Shown here piece after piece: positions 8,901 to 17,968 of a stretch of 64,000 bases of DNA. Below the pieces are notes generated by a model, which worked only from the letters and a program-made list of their open reading frames with translations, had not been told where the DNA came from and searched no databases. The position numbers and the translations under genes were made by a program. Numbering within the stretch: position 1 is the stretch's first letter; every line of letters begins with the position of its first letter. Source of the stretch: Nannocystales bacterium (GTDB lineage: Bacteria > Myxococcota_A > Polyangia > Nannocystales > Nannocystaceae); the NCBI GenBank assembly GCA_050633305.1, contig JBOEGF010000024.1, forward strand, positions 373,702 through 437,701. Reading direction: 5' to 3'.

Positions 8901-9697
8901 ACACCTTTCTGACCAGCTTCGTCCTGTTTGACCGCGAGCCCGAAATCGCCGAGGTCGAGGTCGTCGAGCAGGCGCGGGCGGTGATCGAGGCACAGATCGA
9001 CAGCGGAGCGCTGCAGGTCCCAGCGGGCGTCAGCTACGAGTTCTCCGGATCCTACGAGAACCAGATCCGCAGCGAGAAGCGGCTGATGATGTTGATCCCG
9101 GTCGCGCTGGCATTGGTCTTCATCCTGCTCTACCTGCAGTTCCACCGCGTCGCGACGACCGCGATCATCTACACGGGGGTCGCCGTCTCGGTCTCCGGTG
9201 GCTTCGTGCTCTTGTGGCTGTACGGCCAGCCGTGGTTTCTGAACTTCGAGCTGCTGGGCATGCCGATGCGGGAGCTGTTTCAGGTCCACACGATCAACAT
9301 GTCGGTCGCGGTCTGGATCGGCTTCATCGCGTTGGTCGGCATCGCCACCGATGACGGTGTGGTGATCTCCACCTACCTCAAGCAGCGCTTCGAGCAGGAC
9401 CCGCCCACGACGGTCACCGAGGTGCGGCGCCGAACGCTGGAGGCGGGGTCGCGACGCGTCCGGCCGTGTCTGATGACCACCGCGACGACGATCCTGGCCC
9501 TGTTGCCGGTCATCACCTCCCAAGGACGTGGGGCGGACATCATGATGCCGATGGCGCTTCCCGCGGTCGGTGGTATGGCGCTCGAGCTGCTCACGTTGTT
9601 CGTCGTCCCGGTGCTGTACTGCGCGGTCGAGGAGCGCCGGCTGTCCAAGCGCCTGCGCGCGACCGCGTCGCATCTCGAGGAGACCCTCGAGGACTGA
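5921..9697 (+). CDS. cusA: CusA-family Cu(I)/Ag(I) RND efflux permease
   Basis: VDAIPDIGENQ, LGPDATALGQIFWY, NIMALGGIAIAIG; Met-triad equivalents in FLFMP, PLSMFET and IVMLQSG; RVRPCLMT. Confidence 0.95.
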   Translation: MTSAPPPGDDAPQGLWEAIIGWFIENKLIAFVLATMLVAGGIYVAPFSFESGSIPRDPVPVDAIPDIGENQQIVFTAWEGRSPRDIEDQVSYPLTTALLGIPGVRTVRSSSAFGFSTISVIFGDEVEFYWSRSRVLEKLASLPPGTVPEGVTPTLGPDATALGQIFWYTLEGQDPQGRTVGGWDPDELRSIQDWTVRYALQAVEGVSEVASVGGFVREYQVDVDPEAMRAHGVTLAQVAGAVRNSNLDVGARTLEINGAEYMVRGLGFLENIEDLEATVVVAREHTPIRVRDVGRVSMGPGLRRGALDDEGAPAVGGVVVARYMENPLAVISAVKEKVEQIQAGLPSRTLEDGTVSQVTVVPFYDRTTLIEETLGTLSTALFQEVLITIIVVLVMLRNMRSSMLISLMLPLGVLAAFVAMKLWGVDANIMALGGIAIAIGTMVDIGIVFVENISQHLQEAPAGASRAAVVRRATAEVAPAVVTSVLTTVVSFLPVFGLSSTELRLFGPLAFTKTFAMGGVLLLALLVLPGAALVVFRERPAAPKTSRTGLHRVARSLFRAEHARDWVLLGLGALLLPYSLLGGAFVLGLGVYRLVRPLLSLGVNRSVTVAENVLAIIAVTLLLAENWMPLGGGQSLALNGVFVGALIALVMGTFRLFESAYPRLLWSILRNKALFLMLPASVVLFGTTAWLGFDTVFGPLAGQVRTVQPVSKVRHAFPGLGREYMPPFDEGSFLFMPSTMPHASMGEVLEMLSAIDAAIAQIPEVDRVVGKAGRADTALDPAPLSMFETVVTYVPEYAVAPDGSRVRQWRDHIRTPADIWTELVAAAERPGVTSAPTLMPIGARIVMLQSGMRAPIGIKVHGPTLEAIEVFGLRLEEVLKGVPAVRSDTVFADRVVGKPYLEIELDREAIGRFGLTIVDVQNVLQVALGGMTLTRTVEGRERYPVRVRYMREERDNLEALDRVFVPTPGGEQVPLAQLADIQYVRGPQVIKAEDTFLTSFVLFDREPEIAEVEVVEQARAVIEAQIDSGALQVPAGVSYEFSGSYENQIRSEKRLMMLIPVALALVFILLYLQFHRVATTAIIYTGVAVSVSGGFVLLWLYGQPWFLNFELLGMPMRELFQVHTINMSVAVWIGFIALVGIATDDGVVISTYLKQRFEQDPPTTVTEVRRRTLEAGSRRVRPCLMTTATTILALLPVITSQGRGADIMMPMALPAVGGMALELLTLFVVPVLYCAVEERRLSKRLRATASHLEETLED

Positions 9698-9744
9698 GGC
9701 CGCAGGACATTCCCCGTGCCAGCGGGTAGGGTCGCGAGGGCAGC

Positions 9745-11160
9745 ATGAGCGAGCGTGACGACAGCCTCGACCCTCCCGACTGGGACGTCTTTCGCCGACT
9801 TGCGCACGAGGCCCTCGATCACGCGATCGACACGATGGCCAGTGTTCGGGAGCGTCCGGCTTGGCAGGCGCCTCCGCAGCGGACCGAGGGGGACGTGCTT
9901 CCGTGGGACCCGACGCCACTGCGCGAGGTGTGTGCGGCGATCGAGCGGGATGTGCTGCCCTTCGGCGTCGGCAATACGCACCCGCGTTTTTTTGGGTGGG
10001 TTCATGGCGCGGGAACGGTGGAGGGCATCGTGGCTGCGATCTACACCGCGGCGATGAACGCTAACGTCGGAGGCCGCGAGCATGCGGCCGTGCATGTCGA
10101 ACGGGAGGTCCTGGGATGGTTCAAGCAGCTGGTCGGATTCCCGCAGTCGGCCCAAGGCATCCTGCTCAGCGGAACGTCGATGGCCACGATGATCGCGCTG
10201 GCGGTGGCCCGTCATGGCCGCGAAGACCGGCTCGACGCGGTCCGCATCTACACCTCCGACCAGGCGCATATCTCGGTGGCCAAGGCGCTGCGGGTGCTGG
10301 GGATGCCCCCGGCGTCCTTGGTCAAGGTCCGCTCCGACGAACGACTCCGCATGGACGTGCAGGCACTCCGCGATGCCGTGGAGCGGGACCGCGGGGAGGG
10401 CCTAACCCCGCTGGCTGTGGTGGCGACCGGGGGCACGGCCCTGACGGGTGCTGTCGACCCTTTGGAGGCCATCAATGAACTCTGCCGGTCCTCGGGGCTG
10501 TGGCTTCATGTCGATGCCGCCATCGGAATCGGCTTGCGTCTGCACCCCAGGCTTCACGACCGGTTGGCGGGGATCGAGCACGCGGATTCGGTGGCCTTCG
10601 ATGCCCACAAGTGGCTGCATGTCCCCTACGACGTGGGCTGCGTCCTGGTGCGGAATGGCGAGGCTCATCGTGCTGCGTTCCGGGAGGGTGCGTCGTACCT
10701 GCAACGGGCGACCCGCGGGACCGGGAGCGGAGACCCGTGGTTCTGCGATGCGGGCCCGGAGCTGTCCCGAGGCTTTCGGGCCCTCAAGGTGTGGATGGTG
10801 CTCAAGACGCACGGTTTGGCCGCACTGGGGCAGCAGGTGCTGAAGAACTGCGTGCAGGCGGAGTCCTTCGCCGCGCAGGTCGAAGCGTGCGAGGAGGCGG
10901 TGCTTGTCGCGCCGACGGATCTCGCGATCACGTGTTTTCGTTGTGTGGGTGCAGGCTCGGACGAGGCCGATGACCAACTCAACGATGAGATCGTCGTGCG
11001 GGTTCAGGAGAGCGGCGTGGCGGTGCCCAGCAGTGGACGGGTGCACGGTCGAGCGGTGATCCGCGTCAACATCACCAACCATCGGACGACCACCGCCGAC
11101 CTCGACCTGTTGCTCGAAGCTGTGCTGCGTCACCGCGCCGAGATCCTTGCCGCGGGCTGA
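9745..11160 (+). CDS. Group II PLP-dependent amino-acid decarboxylase
   Basis: HPRFFGWV, SGTSMAT, AHIS, WLHVDAA, DAHKWL (PLP lysine), SRGFRALKVW. Confidence 0.92.
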   Translation: MSERDDSLDPPDWDVFRRLAHEALDHAIDTMASVRERPAWQAPPQRTEGDVLPWDPTPLREVCAAIERDVLPFGVGNTHPRFFGWVHGAGTVEGIVAAIYTAAMNANVGGREHAAVHVEREVLGWFKQLVGFPQSAQGILLSGTSMATMIALAVARHGREDRLDAVRIYTSDQAHISVAKALRVLGMPPASLVKVRSDERLRMDVQALRDAVERDRGEGLTPLAVVATGGTALTGAVDPLEAINELCRSSGLWLHVDAAIGIGLRLHPRLHDRLAGIEHADSVAFDAHKWLHVPYDVGCVLVRNGEAHRAAFREGASYLQRATRGTGSGDPWFCDAGPELSRGFRALKVWMVLKTHGLAALGQQVLKNCVQAESFAAQVEACEEAVLVAPTDLAITCFRCVGAGSDEADDQLNDEIVVRVQESGVAVPSSGRVHGRAVIRVNITNHRTTTADLDLLLEAVLRHRAEILAAG

Positions 11161-11173
11161 CGCAGGCGCCGTT

Positions 11174-11575
11174 CTATTGGGGCGGAGCTTCGTCGTGCTG
11201 CGGGGCGTCGCCGCCGATGTGGTCCCAGGGCGCGCGGGATCCGACGAACTGGTGGTGCTCGATCTGCACGCCGGGGTCGCCGTCGACGCAACCGAGCGTG
11301 ACCCCGTGCGCCTGTGCACCGACCATGCCCGCGAGCGTCGAGCCACAAGACCCGCAAAAGGCGATGCCCCACGGACCGCCGCCGACTCGGTAGAGCGTCG
11401 GCTCCGCCTTTGTCCACGTGAGGGCGCCGGGCTCAACCTCGGCGTAGGCCGACCCCGCACCGCTGAACGCCTTGCGGCATCGTGAACAGTGGCACGAACG
11501 CGCGTGTTTGAGCGGCGCGTCGATTCGGTACGCCACGGCGCCGCAGAAACAGCCCCCCGTGAGTGGGTCCGGCAT
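11174..11575 (-). CDS. GFA-family (CENP-V-like) zinc protein
   Basis: GGCFCGAVAY, CHCSRCRK, FCGSCGS; the ATG at 11575 overlaps the upstream TGA by 1 nt. Confidence 0.9.
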   Translation of the reverse strand: MPDPLTGGCFCGAVAYRIDAPLKHARSCHCSRCRKAFSGAGSAYAEVEPGALTWTKAEPTLYRVGGGPWGIAFCGSCGSTLAGMVGAQAHGVTLGCVDGDPGVQIEHHQFVGSRAPWDHIGGDAPQHDEAPPQ

Positions 11576-13008
11576 CAGTGCCCCGAGAGAACCATCGCGG
11601 GCTGCATGCGAGCGGCACGACGCGCCGGGAGGAAGGCTCCAAAGACGCAGAAGGCGACCGAGAACCCGAGGGAAGAGGCGATGAGCCACCACGGGAACAT
11701 GAAATAGCTCTGCGGCTTATAGGGAAAGTCCGGGATGTAGTTGGCCGACACGGCGTCGAACAACTCCGCGGCGCCCAGGGCCATCAACACGCCTGCGAGT
11801 CCGGCCATGACGCCGAGCACCGCGGCTTCGCCAAGGATGATCGCGGTGATGTCCCCTCGGGATGCCCCGACGGCCCTCATGATGCCGATCTCGTGTTGGC
11901 GCTCGTACACCAACATGAAGAACACGTGCATGATGTTGACCGCCGCGATGCCGACGATGACGGCGCTGACCAGGCTGAACACCGCGATGAAGATCGCGAT
12001 CAGCAAGGCGGCTTGCTCGGCGCCCGTGTCTGCGACCTCGAGGTTGAGCCCCTCTACGGCCACGGCCACGGCGGCAACGTCGTCTTTCTCGGGAACCATC
12101 AGGATCACCGAGTGGTAGCGCTGGGCATCCTCGGGTTTGCCGAATGCCACGTTGAACCGCTTGGTGTAGCCGATGGGCATGGTGATGCCCAACGTGATCG
12201 CCTTGCGCGAGAAGCCGACCAACATGCCCTTTTCGCGGATGATATTGTCCTTGGCCGACGCGCCGACCATGGAGGCGCCGATCTTCAGGTCGAACTTGAT
12301 GCCGAGCACGAAGTCCGGGTTGAGCTTGGGGAACCCGTGAGCCCGTCGGAGGGCACCGTTGTAGAGCTCGACGACATGCTCGGACGCGAGGACTGGGATG
12401 TAGTGGCGGCACACCTTGGCCGGCTTTTCCGCGCCTTCTTTCTTGTCCTTGTTGCGCCGCGCTTCCTGGTAGCCGGCCGGCATCCCGCAGTAGCGGTCTT
12501 CTCCGCAGTCCGCGTCGGCCTCACAGGCTTGTGGCGGGGTGTAGTCGGGACTCTTCGGGTCATCGAAGTCGCGGAAAGGCCGGTCGCTGTCGACATCCTT
12601 CTGCACGAGGTCGGGTTCGATGCCGTCGGCGACCATCTCCGAACGAAGATCGGTCCCGAGCACTTCTTTGCCGCCGATGCCGAGGGACGGCACGGTCAGG
12701 CGCATCTTCGGGTAGACGACCTCCACGCCCTCGATCGCTTCGAGTTCCTCGACCTTGGCCTGGTCGATCACGGCGCCGCCGCCGAGCGAGAGCGGACCGA
12801 CCGCGAGGTCGAGGGACTTAGGCACGACCTCGAGCTGGTCCAGCGGGAAAATCTTGCCGAGGACGACCGTGCGGACGCCGAGCCCGAGGGAGATGAAGAA
12901 GGCAAAGGTGGCGATGCCGACCACGATGCCCACGGAGGCGAGCAAGAAGTGGTTTCGGCTCCGGTTGAGGTTGGCGGTCACCACCCGCAGCAGACGGTTG
13001 AGTCTCAT
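11575..13008 (-). CDS. MacB/FtsX-type ABC transporter permease
   Basis: N-terminal TM helix, large periplasmic domain, VYERQHEIGIMRAVGASR, PARRAARMQP. Confidence 0.92.
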   Translation of the reverse strand: MRLNRLLRVVTANLNRSRNHFLLASVGIVVGIATFAFFISLGLGVRTVVLGKIFPLDQLEVVPKSLDLAVGPLSLGGGAVIDQAKVEELEAIEGVEVVYPKMRLTVPSLGIGGKEVLGTDLRSEMVADGIEPDLVQKDVDSDRPFRDFDDPKSPDYTPPQACEADADCGEDRYCGMPAGYQEARRNKDKKEGAEKPAKVCRHYIPVLASEHVVELYNGALRRAHGFPKLNPDFVLGIKFDLKIGASMVGASAKDNIIREKGMLVGFSRKAITLGITMPIGYTKRFNVAFGKPEDAQRYHSVILMVPEKDDVAAVAVAVEGLNLEVADTGAEQAALLIAIFIAVFSLVSAVIVGIAAVNIMHVFFMLVYERQHEIGIMRAVGASRGDITAIILGEAAVLGVMAGLAGVLMALGAAELFDAVSANYIPDFPYKPQSYFMFPWWLIASSLGFSVAFCVFGAFLPARRAARMQPAMVLSGH

Positions 13009-13748
13009 GTCCGTGCCTCTTGTTCGGGCGTGTCGTCGTTGGTCTTGACGCCGAGGGCCTCGTTGGCGTCTTCCACTTCGGTCAGCGCCCCATCCGCGAC
13101 CAGGATCTTGCGTGCCGTCGAGGCCGCGATGCCGGGGTCGTGTGTCACGACGAGGACGGTGATGCCGTCTCGCTCATTGAGCGTGCGGAACAGCGCCAGG
13201 ATTGCGGCCCCGGTCTTGCTATCCAGGTTGCCTGTCGGCTCGTCGCACAGAATGATCTTGGGCTTGTTGAACAGCGCCCGGGCGATCGCGATGCGTTGAC
13301 GTTGGCCGCCGGAGAGCATCGTGGGCAGTGCGTCGGCCTTCTCGGACAGGTCGACCTGCTCGAGCACGGCTTTGGCACGGGCATTGGCGCCCGCCTCGTC
13401 GAGGTCCCCGCCGCGTTTGAACATCGCGGGGAGGGCGATGTTCTCCAAGCAGGTCAGATGCGGCAGCAGGTAGAACGACTGGAACACGAACCCGACGGTC
13501 TCGTTGCGGTACGCGCTCAGCTCGGCATCGCTGAGTTTGGCGAGGTCGGAGCCGTCGACTTCGATCGAGCCTTTGTAGTCGCTGTCCAAGCCCCCGACGG
13601 CGTGTAGCAGTGTGCTCTTGCCCGACCCAGACGGGCCGATGATGGAGATGAACTCTCCGTCATCGATGTCCAGGTCGACGCCGCGCAGCACCTCGGTGAC
13701 CACCTTGCCGGTGGAGTAGCTCTTGTGCATGCCGCGGATGCGGATCAT
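13005..13748 (-). CDS. ABC transporter ATP-binding protein (LolD/MacB-type)
   Basis: GPSGSGKST, GFVFQSF, LSGGQRQR, CDEPTGNLD, VTHD; start MIRIRG at 13748. Confidence 0.95.
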   Translation of the reverse strand: MIRIRGMHKSYSTGKVVTEVLRGVDLDIDDGEFISIIGPSGSGKSTLLHAVGGLDSDYKGSIEVDGSDLAKLSDAELSAYRNETVGFVFQSFYLLPHLTCLENIALPAMFKRGGDLDEAGANARAKAVLEQVDLSEKADALPTMLSGGQRQRIAIARALFNKPKIILCDEPTGNLDSKTGAAILALFRTLNERDGITVLVVTHDPGIAASTARKILVADGALTEVEDANEALGVKTNDDTPEQEART

Positions 13749-13788
13749 CGGCCGCAGAGTAGCAGCGGAACGCCCAGCGCTGCGCGTT

Positions 13789-14787
13789 CTACCGCGAGGC
13801 TTTGTAGACGTACTCGTACCGAGCGATCTCGAAGTCGGTCTTCTTTCCGTCGGTGCCGACAGCGGCCTTGAACTTGGTCTTCCGCAGGGCTTTTTGGGCG
13901 ATCTCATCGCAGCCGTTGCCAATGCCCTTGACGACCTTGGCGCTGCGCACCGAGCCGTTGCTGCGGACTTGGACCTTGAGGACGACCACCCCCGAAATCC
14001 CGAGGTCGCGGGCCGCGGGGCACTCGAGTTTCACCTGCTTGAGGGCGCGGGGGAGCTGCGCGATGTACAGCTCGTTCTTCGGGGCCCACGACTTTCCCGC
14101 ACCCTTCGCGGGACCCGTGGGGGCGGTGCCTGTGCCGCCCTTGACCTTCCCTTTGCCCCCCGGGCGCCCGCCTTCGACACCGTCGCGGCTTCCGCCTGCG
14201 ACTCCGGGGCGTGACTTGTCGCCTCCGATGACGGTCACACCCGAGTTCCCGCCCTTGATGACGGTATCCATCGGCAGCTCGATTGCCGGAGCTGGGGGGG
14301 CGTCTGCCGGAGCGGGCTCGGAGGGCTTTGAGGGCTTGGGTGCCCGCTTCTTCACCTTCTTCGGCGGAGGAGGCGGAGCTTCGGGAGGAGGCTCGGGAGG
14401 AGGCTCGACCTCGAGTTCGGGCTCGGGCTCGGGCTCCGGTTCCGGTTCCGGTTCCGGTTCGGGCTCCGGGGGGAGCTCGACTTCGCGGAGCTCGAGCTCC
14501 AGTTCGCACTGACTGTTGCAACCGTCGCCGTTGACGGTGTTGCCGTCGTCGCACTTTTCGTCGCCTTCGATCTTCGCGTCGCCGCAGACGGGATCGATCT
14601 CGCACATCGGCGTGCAGCCGTCGCCGGGCCGGAGGTTGCCGTCGTCGCACTCCTCTGAGCTCGCCACGACACCGTCCCCACAGACCGGCTTGACCCAGTC
14701 GACCACGAAATACGCCAAGGCGTGGATCACCACCGAGACGATCAGCGGAGGCAGAACCTCATCGACGATGGATCGGGGACGCGCCAT
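13789..14787 (-). CDS. tonB: TonB-family energy transducer with two myxobacterial cysteine-rich (DUF4215-like) repeats
   Basis: TM helix with SxxxH (SVVIH), two CGD...(E/K)CDDGN...GDGC...C repeats, (EP)n linker, TonB_C-like CPAARDLGISGVVVLKV...FKAA. Confidence 0.85.
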   Translation of the reverse strand: MARPRSIVDEVLPPLIVSVVIHALAYFVVDWVKPVCGDGVVASSEECDDGNLRPGDGCTPMCEIDPVCGDAKIEGDEKCDDGNTVNGDGCNSQCELELELREVELPPEPEPEPEPEPEPEPEPELEVEPPPEPPPEAPPPPPKKVKKRAPKPSKPSEPAPADAPPAPAIELPMDTVIKGGNSGVTVIGGDKSRPGVAGGSRDGVEGGRPGGKGKVKGGTGTAPTGPAKGAGKSWAPKNELYIAQLPRALKQVKLECPAARDLGISGVVVLKVQVRSNGSVRSAKVVKGIGNGCDEIAQKALRKTKFKAAVGTDGKKTDFEIARYEYVYKASR

Positions 14788-14823
14788 GGGAGGGACGGGT
14801 GGGGGCGAGGTGCGCAGAACGAA

Positions 14824-15246
14824 CTAGCCGCCCGCAGCGGGCTTCTTGGTCGCGATGGCGTACTTTTTCACGCCCGCATCTCGGAGGAGATCGATGAGTC
14901 GGACCATTTGGCCGACGTTGGACTTCTCGTCACATTGAACGATCCCCTGGACGTTCGGGTCTTCGGCGAGTTTGGCCGCGATCGCCGCCTTGATCTCGCC
15001 GTCGTTCGCCGTGGCTTTTGCGTCGACGGCGACGTTGCCGTCGGGGTCGCACTGAATCAGCAGGCTCGCACCTTCGATCGTGCTGCCCGAGCTGGCCTCA
15101 GGCTTGTCGATCGCGAGTCCTTCCGGGTTGGTGATCGTGCTGGTGGTGACCATGAAGATGATCAGCAACACCAACATGATGTCGACCAGGGGCGTAACGT
15201 TGATCCCAACGATCTCGCCGTCGTCGTCGGCTGCTCCGCCTGCCAT
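14824..15246 (-). CDS. exbD: ExbD/TolR-family protein
   Basis: INVTPLVDIMLVLLIIFMVT. Confidence 0.93.
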   Translation of the reverse strand: MAGGAADDDGEIVGINVTPLVDIMLVLLIIFMVTTSTITNPEGLAIDKPEASSGSTIEGASLLIQCDPDGNVAVDAKATANDGEIKAAIAAKLAEDPNVQGIVQCDEKSNVGQMVRLIDLLRDAGVKKYAIATKKPAAGG

Positions 15247-15249
15247 CGT

Positions 15250-15921
15250 CTACGCCTCCTCGGACTTGTCGCTCAAGCCCTGCTTCTCGAGGATGATTGC
15301 GAACGCGGAGGTGGCCAAGCTGTCCGCGTGGGACAGCGTCCGCTTCACGCGACGCTGGTAGACGTTGTAGACGGTGACCGCGGGAATGGCGACCAGCAGG
15401 CCGACCGCGGTGGCGACGAGAGCCTCCGAGATGCCACCCATGACGGCGGCGCTCTGCTCCCCGCCGGGCTTGATGCCGGACTTTCCCAGCTCGTTGAAGG
15501 CTTGGATGATCCCGAGCACCGTCCCGAACAGACCGATGAACGGCGCGTTGGCGCCGACGGTGCCCAGGAAACTGAGGTTGCGGTCCAGCCGAAGCTTTTC
15601 TTCCGAGTGCCCGCTGTTCATGGCGGCCTGCAGCGCGGCCTTGCCCTTTGGGGCGACCGCGACCATCTCGCCGATGATGCTCGCGCCGGGGCCCGTGGTG
15701 TCTCGCGTGAGTTTGGCTGCAGCGTCCAAGTCGTCGTCGCCCAGGGCTTCGAACAGCTTGCGCCGGACGTCTGCGTCCGCCTTGGTCGCGGCGCCGAAGT
15801 ACAGCAGCCGCTCGACCATGACGTACACGCTGATCAGGCTCAGCAAGACCAGAACCCACATGACCCACTCCGCACCCAGGAGGGCGAAGTCGAGGAACTT
15901 CTCGGTGATGTTGAACCCCAT
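15250..15921 (-). CDS. exbB: ExbB/TolQ/MotA-family proton channel
   Basis: FLGTVGANAPFIGLFGTVLGII, GISEALVATAVGLLVAIPA. Confidence 0.93.
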   Translation of the reverse strand: MGFNITEKFLDFALLGAEWVMWVLVLLSLISVYVMVERLLYFGAATKADADVRRKLFEALGDDDLDAAAKLTRDTTGPGASIIGEMVAVAPKGKAALQAAMNSGHSEEKLRLDRNLSFLGTVGANAPFIGLFGTVLGIIQAFNELGKSGIKPGGEQSAAVMGGISEALVATAVGLLVAIPAVTVYNVYQRRVKRTLSHADSLATSAFAIILEKQGLSDKSEEA

Positions 15922-16096
15922 GGCGTCGACGGCGGAACGTTAGCCGAAACGAATGGGCGGGGCCAGCCATCGTGGCTCTAACAGCGTTTGAAACGGCGTT
16001 TTCCGGGCAGCGTCGAGACGCAGATCACGGCGGGCGCGACATCCTGTCACAGCGCCGGCACAATCCGCCGGCGCCGAGCCATTTCGTCATCGTTCG

Positions 16097-16138
16097 CGCG
16101 GCGTCCCTTGGGCCGACGACCGCGGCGTCCCTTGGGCC
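16097..16138. repeat. Intergenic direct repeat, 2 x 18 bp with a 24-bp period
   Basis: CGCGGCGTCCCTTGGGCC at 16097-16114 and 16121-16138. Confidence 0.8.
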
Positions 16139-16189
16139 AAACGATGATGGGGTCTGCCGACTGCTCGATCCGCGGCCACGTCGCCGGGG

Positions 16190-16897
16190 TTACTTCGGGC
16201 TTGCCGTCATCTTCAGATAGACGCGGCAGCTGCGGTTGGTGGGGTCCTCGCGCATGACGTGCTCCCACTCGGCCCGCGCTTCGTCGATCCGCTCCGCCCG
16301 CCACAGCGTCACGCCCAGGTGGATTCGGCCCTGGAGGAAATCGGGGGCCGACTCACGGACGGAGACGAGTTCGTCGAGCGCGTCTTCGATGCGTCCGAGG
16401 TCGCGCAGGGTGTTGCCGAGCTTGGTCCGGATGTCGACGAAGGTCGGGCAGACCCGCAGTGCCTTTCCGTATTCTTTGGTGGCGTGGTCGAGGAGCCCGA
16501 CCGCGACGTAGGCATCACCAAGCTCGGCGTGCATGTTGGCGATCTTGCCCCGCACGAAGCTGTCGAGCTTGTCGATGCCGGTGGTGTCGCGCTGGCCTTG
16601 GGCTTGGGCGTAGACCTCCTTGGCCTCGTCGTATCGCCCGAGTTCGTTGTAAACCACGGCCAGGTTGAGCGCGGCCTCCGTGTACGTCGGGTTGATGCGC
16701 AGCGCAGTCTCCAGGGACTCGCGCGCCTTGCTCGGGCGACCCGCTTCGTAGTGGATCACGCCCAGCATGTTGTGAACATCCGCGAAGTCGTCGTGTGCCT
16801 CGAGGATGGCTTCGAGGTGCGGCGCCGCTTTGTCGAACTCGCCCGCCTGGTAGTAGTCGCGGCCGACAGTCAGGTGATGCTTGAGTTGCCCGTCCAT
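16190..16897 (-). CDS. TPR-repeat protein
   Basis: Multiple TPR motifs (FADVHNMLGVIH, YTEAALNLAVVYNELGRYDEA, FVDIRTKLGNTL); start MDGQLK. Confidence 0.9.
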   Translation of the reverse strand: MDGQLKHHLTVGRDYYQAGEFDKAAPHLEAILEAHDDFADVHNMLGVIHYEAGRPSKARESLETALRINPTYTEAALNLAVVYNELGRYDEAKEVYAQAQGQRDTTGIDKLDSFVRGKIANMHAELGDAYVAVGLLDHATKEYGKALRVCPTFVDIRTKLGNTLRDLGRIEDALDELVSVRESAPDFLQGRIHLGVTLWRAERIDEARAEWEHVMREDPTNRSCRVYLKMTASPK

Positions 16898-17023
16898 CGA
16901 CCAGCATCCTATCGCGGTCTCGGCAGGGGGCTTTTGAAAAGACCCTGATGACGGCACCCCAACCGTACCCGCGCGGACGTGGTCCGGAGCGCCGCGCAGG
17001 CGCCCGGGCGGAGGGAGGACGGG

Positions 17024-17968
17024 CTACTTCGTGGTCTTGGGCGGCGTCGTGCCCTCAGGCCTGACCGGCGCGGCAGCCTCGGGTTTGACCGGGCGCTTGC
17101 GGTTCTTGGGCTCTTTGGGCGGGATCGGCTTGGGCAGCTCTCGGTCGGGACGCTGGCGGTTGGGATCCGAAGGCCCGAACTCGTCGTAGATGTACTTGAG
17201 GTAGATCCGAGCCTGCTTGCCGTGGTGGTGCGCAGGGTGCTGCGTCTGCAACTCGGTGAAGGTGTTGCGCGCCAGCTCGATCTCGTCCATCCGCAGGTAC
17301 GTGATCCCGAGCAGGAACAGCACCTCGCCGTCGAGGCCGATGCCGGGGTAGGTCGCGTGCGCGGCTTCCAGGCGGCCGATGGCCCCTTCCGGCTTGTCGC
17401 GGTCGAGGTAGAAGCGAGCCACGTAGAGCTCGTGCTCGAGCAGCTGCCGCTTGACCTCGTCCCGAAGCTTGACCGCAAAGACCTCGGTCTTGGTGCCGGC
17501 GTAGTGGTCGAAGTAGTAGCGCAGCTCGGTCATCGCCTCGCGCAGCGGCGTCTGGTCGCGCTGCTCGGGCGGCGGCAACAGGAAGAAGCCACGCGGCGCG
17601 TTCATGAATGCGGACGCGGCGGCCATGAAGCTCGCCCATCCGTCCCGTGTGTGGGCGTGGGTCGGGTGAAGCTTGGCGAACTGGCGGAACGCGTCTTGCG
17701 ACGTGATGTAGTTGCCTTGCTCGAACTCGGCGCGCGCGATCAGAAGTTCGGCTTCGACCGAGTAGCGGGAGAAAGGGAACCGGATCCGGACGAAGTCGGC
17801 GTACTGAATCGCCTCTTCCCAGTCCTTGTCGGTGAACTCGCCCACGGCGAGCTCGTAGTTCTCCCGCGCGGTTTGGGCATAGTCGGCGGACAGGTCGGGG
17901 CCCGTCTTGCAGCCGGTCCCGAGCGCGAAGCCGAGCGTGGCTGCGAGGATGACGCGTAGGAATCGCAC
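17024..17968 (-). CDS. bamD: Outer-membrane protein assembly factor BamD
   Basis: Lipobox GTGC, RFPFSRYSVEAEL, FAKLHPTH, RDQT, HELYVARFY; GTG start at 17968. Confidence 0.9.
   Translation of the reverse strand: MRFLRVILAATLGFALGTGCKTGPDLSADYAQTARENYELAVGEFTDKDWEEAIQYADFVRIRFPFSRYSVEAELLIARAEFEQGNYITSQDAFRQFAKLHPTHAHTRDGWASFMAAASAFMNAPRGFFLLPPPEQRDQTPLREAMTELRYYFDHYAGTKTEVFAVKLRDEVKRQLLEHELYVARFYLDRDKPEGAIGRLEAAHATYPGIGLDGEVLFLLGITYLRMDEIELARNTFTELQTQHPAHHHGKQARIYLKYIYDEFGPSDPNRQRPDRELPKPIPPKEPKNRKRPVKPEAAAPVRPEGTTPPKTTK

Noticed and set aside
7397..9919. Long antisense ORFs (for example 840 aa here, 813 aa at 18335-20776, 723 aa at 36245-38416, 655 aa at 41665-43632)
   Set aside because: Shadow frames of real genes in high-GC DNA, with no recognisable motifs.
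9745..11160. Decarboxylase as part of the halogenase pathway (halotryptamine)
   Set aside because: It lies about 18 kb away behind cusA, with no linkage evidence.
14410..14470. (CCGGTT/CGGGCT)n microsatellite as a phase-variation tract
   Set aside because: The 6-bp units encode the normal TonB (EP)n linker and keep the frame.
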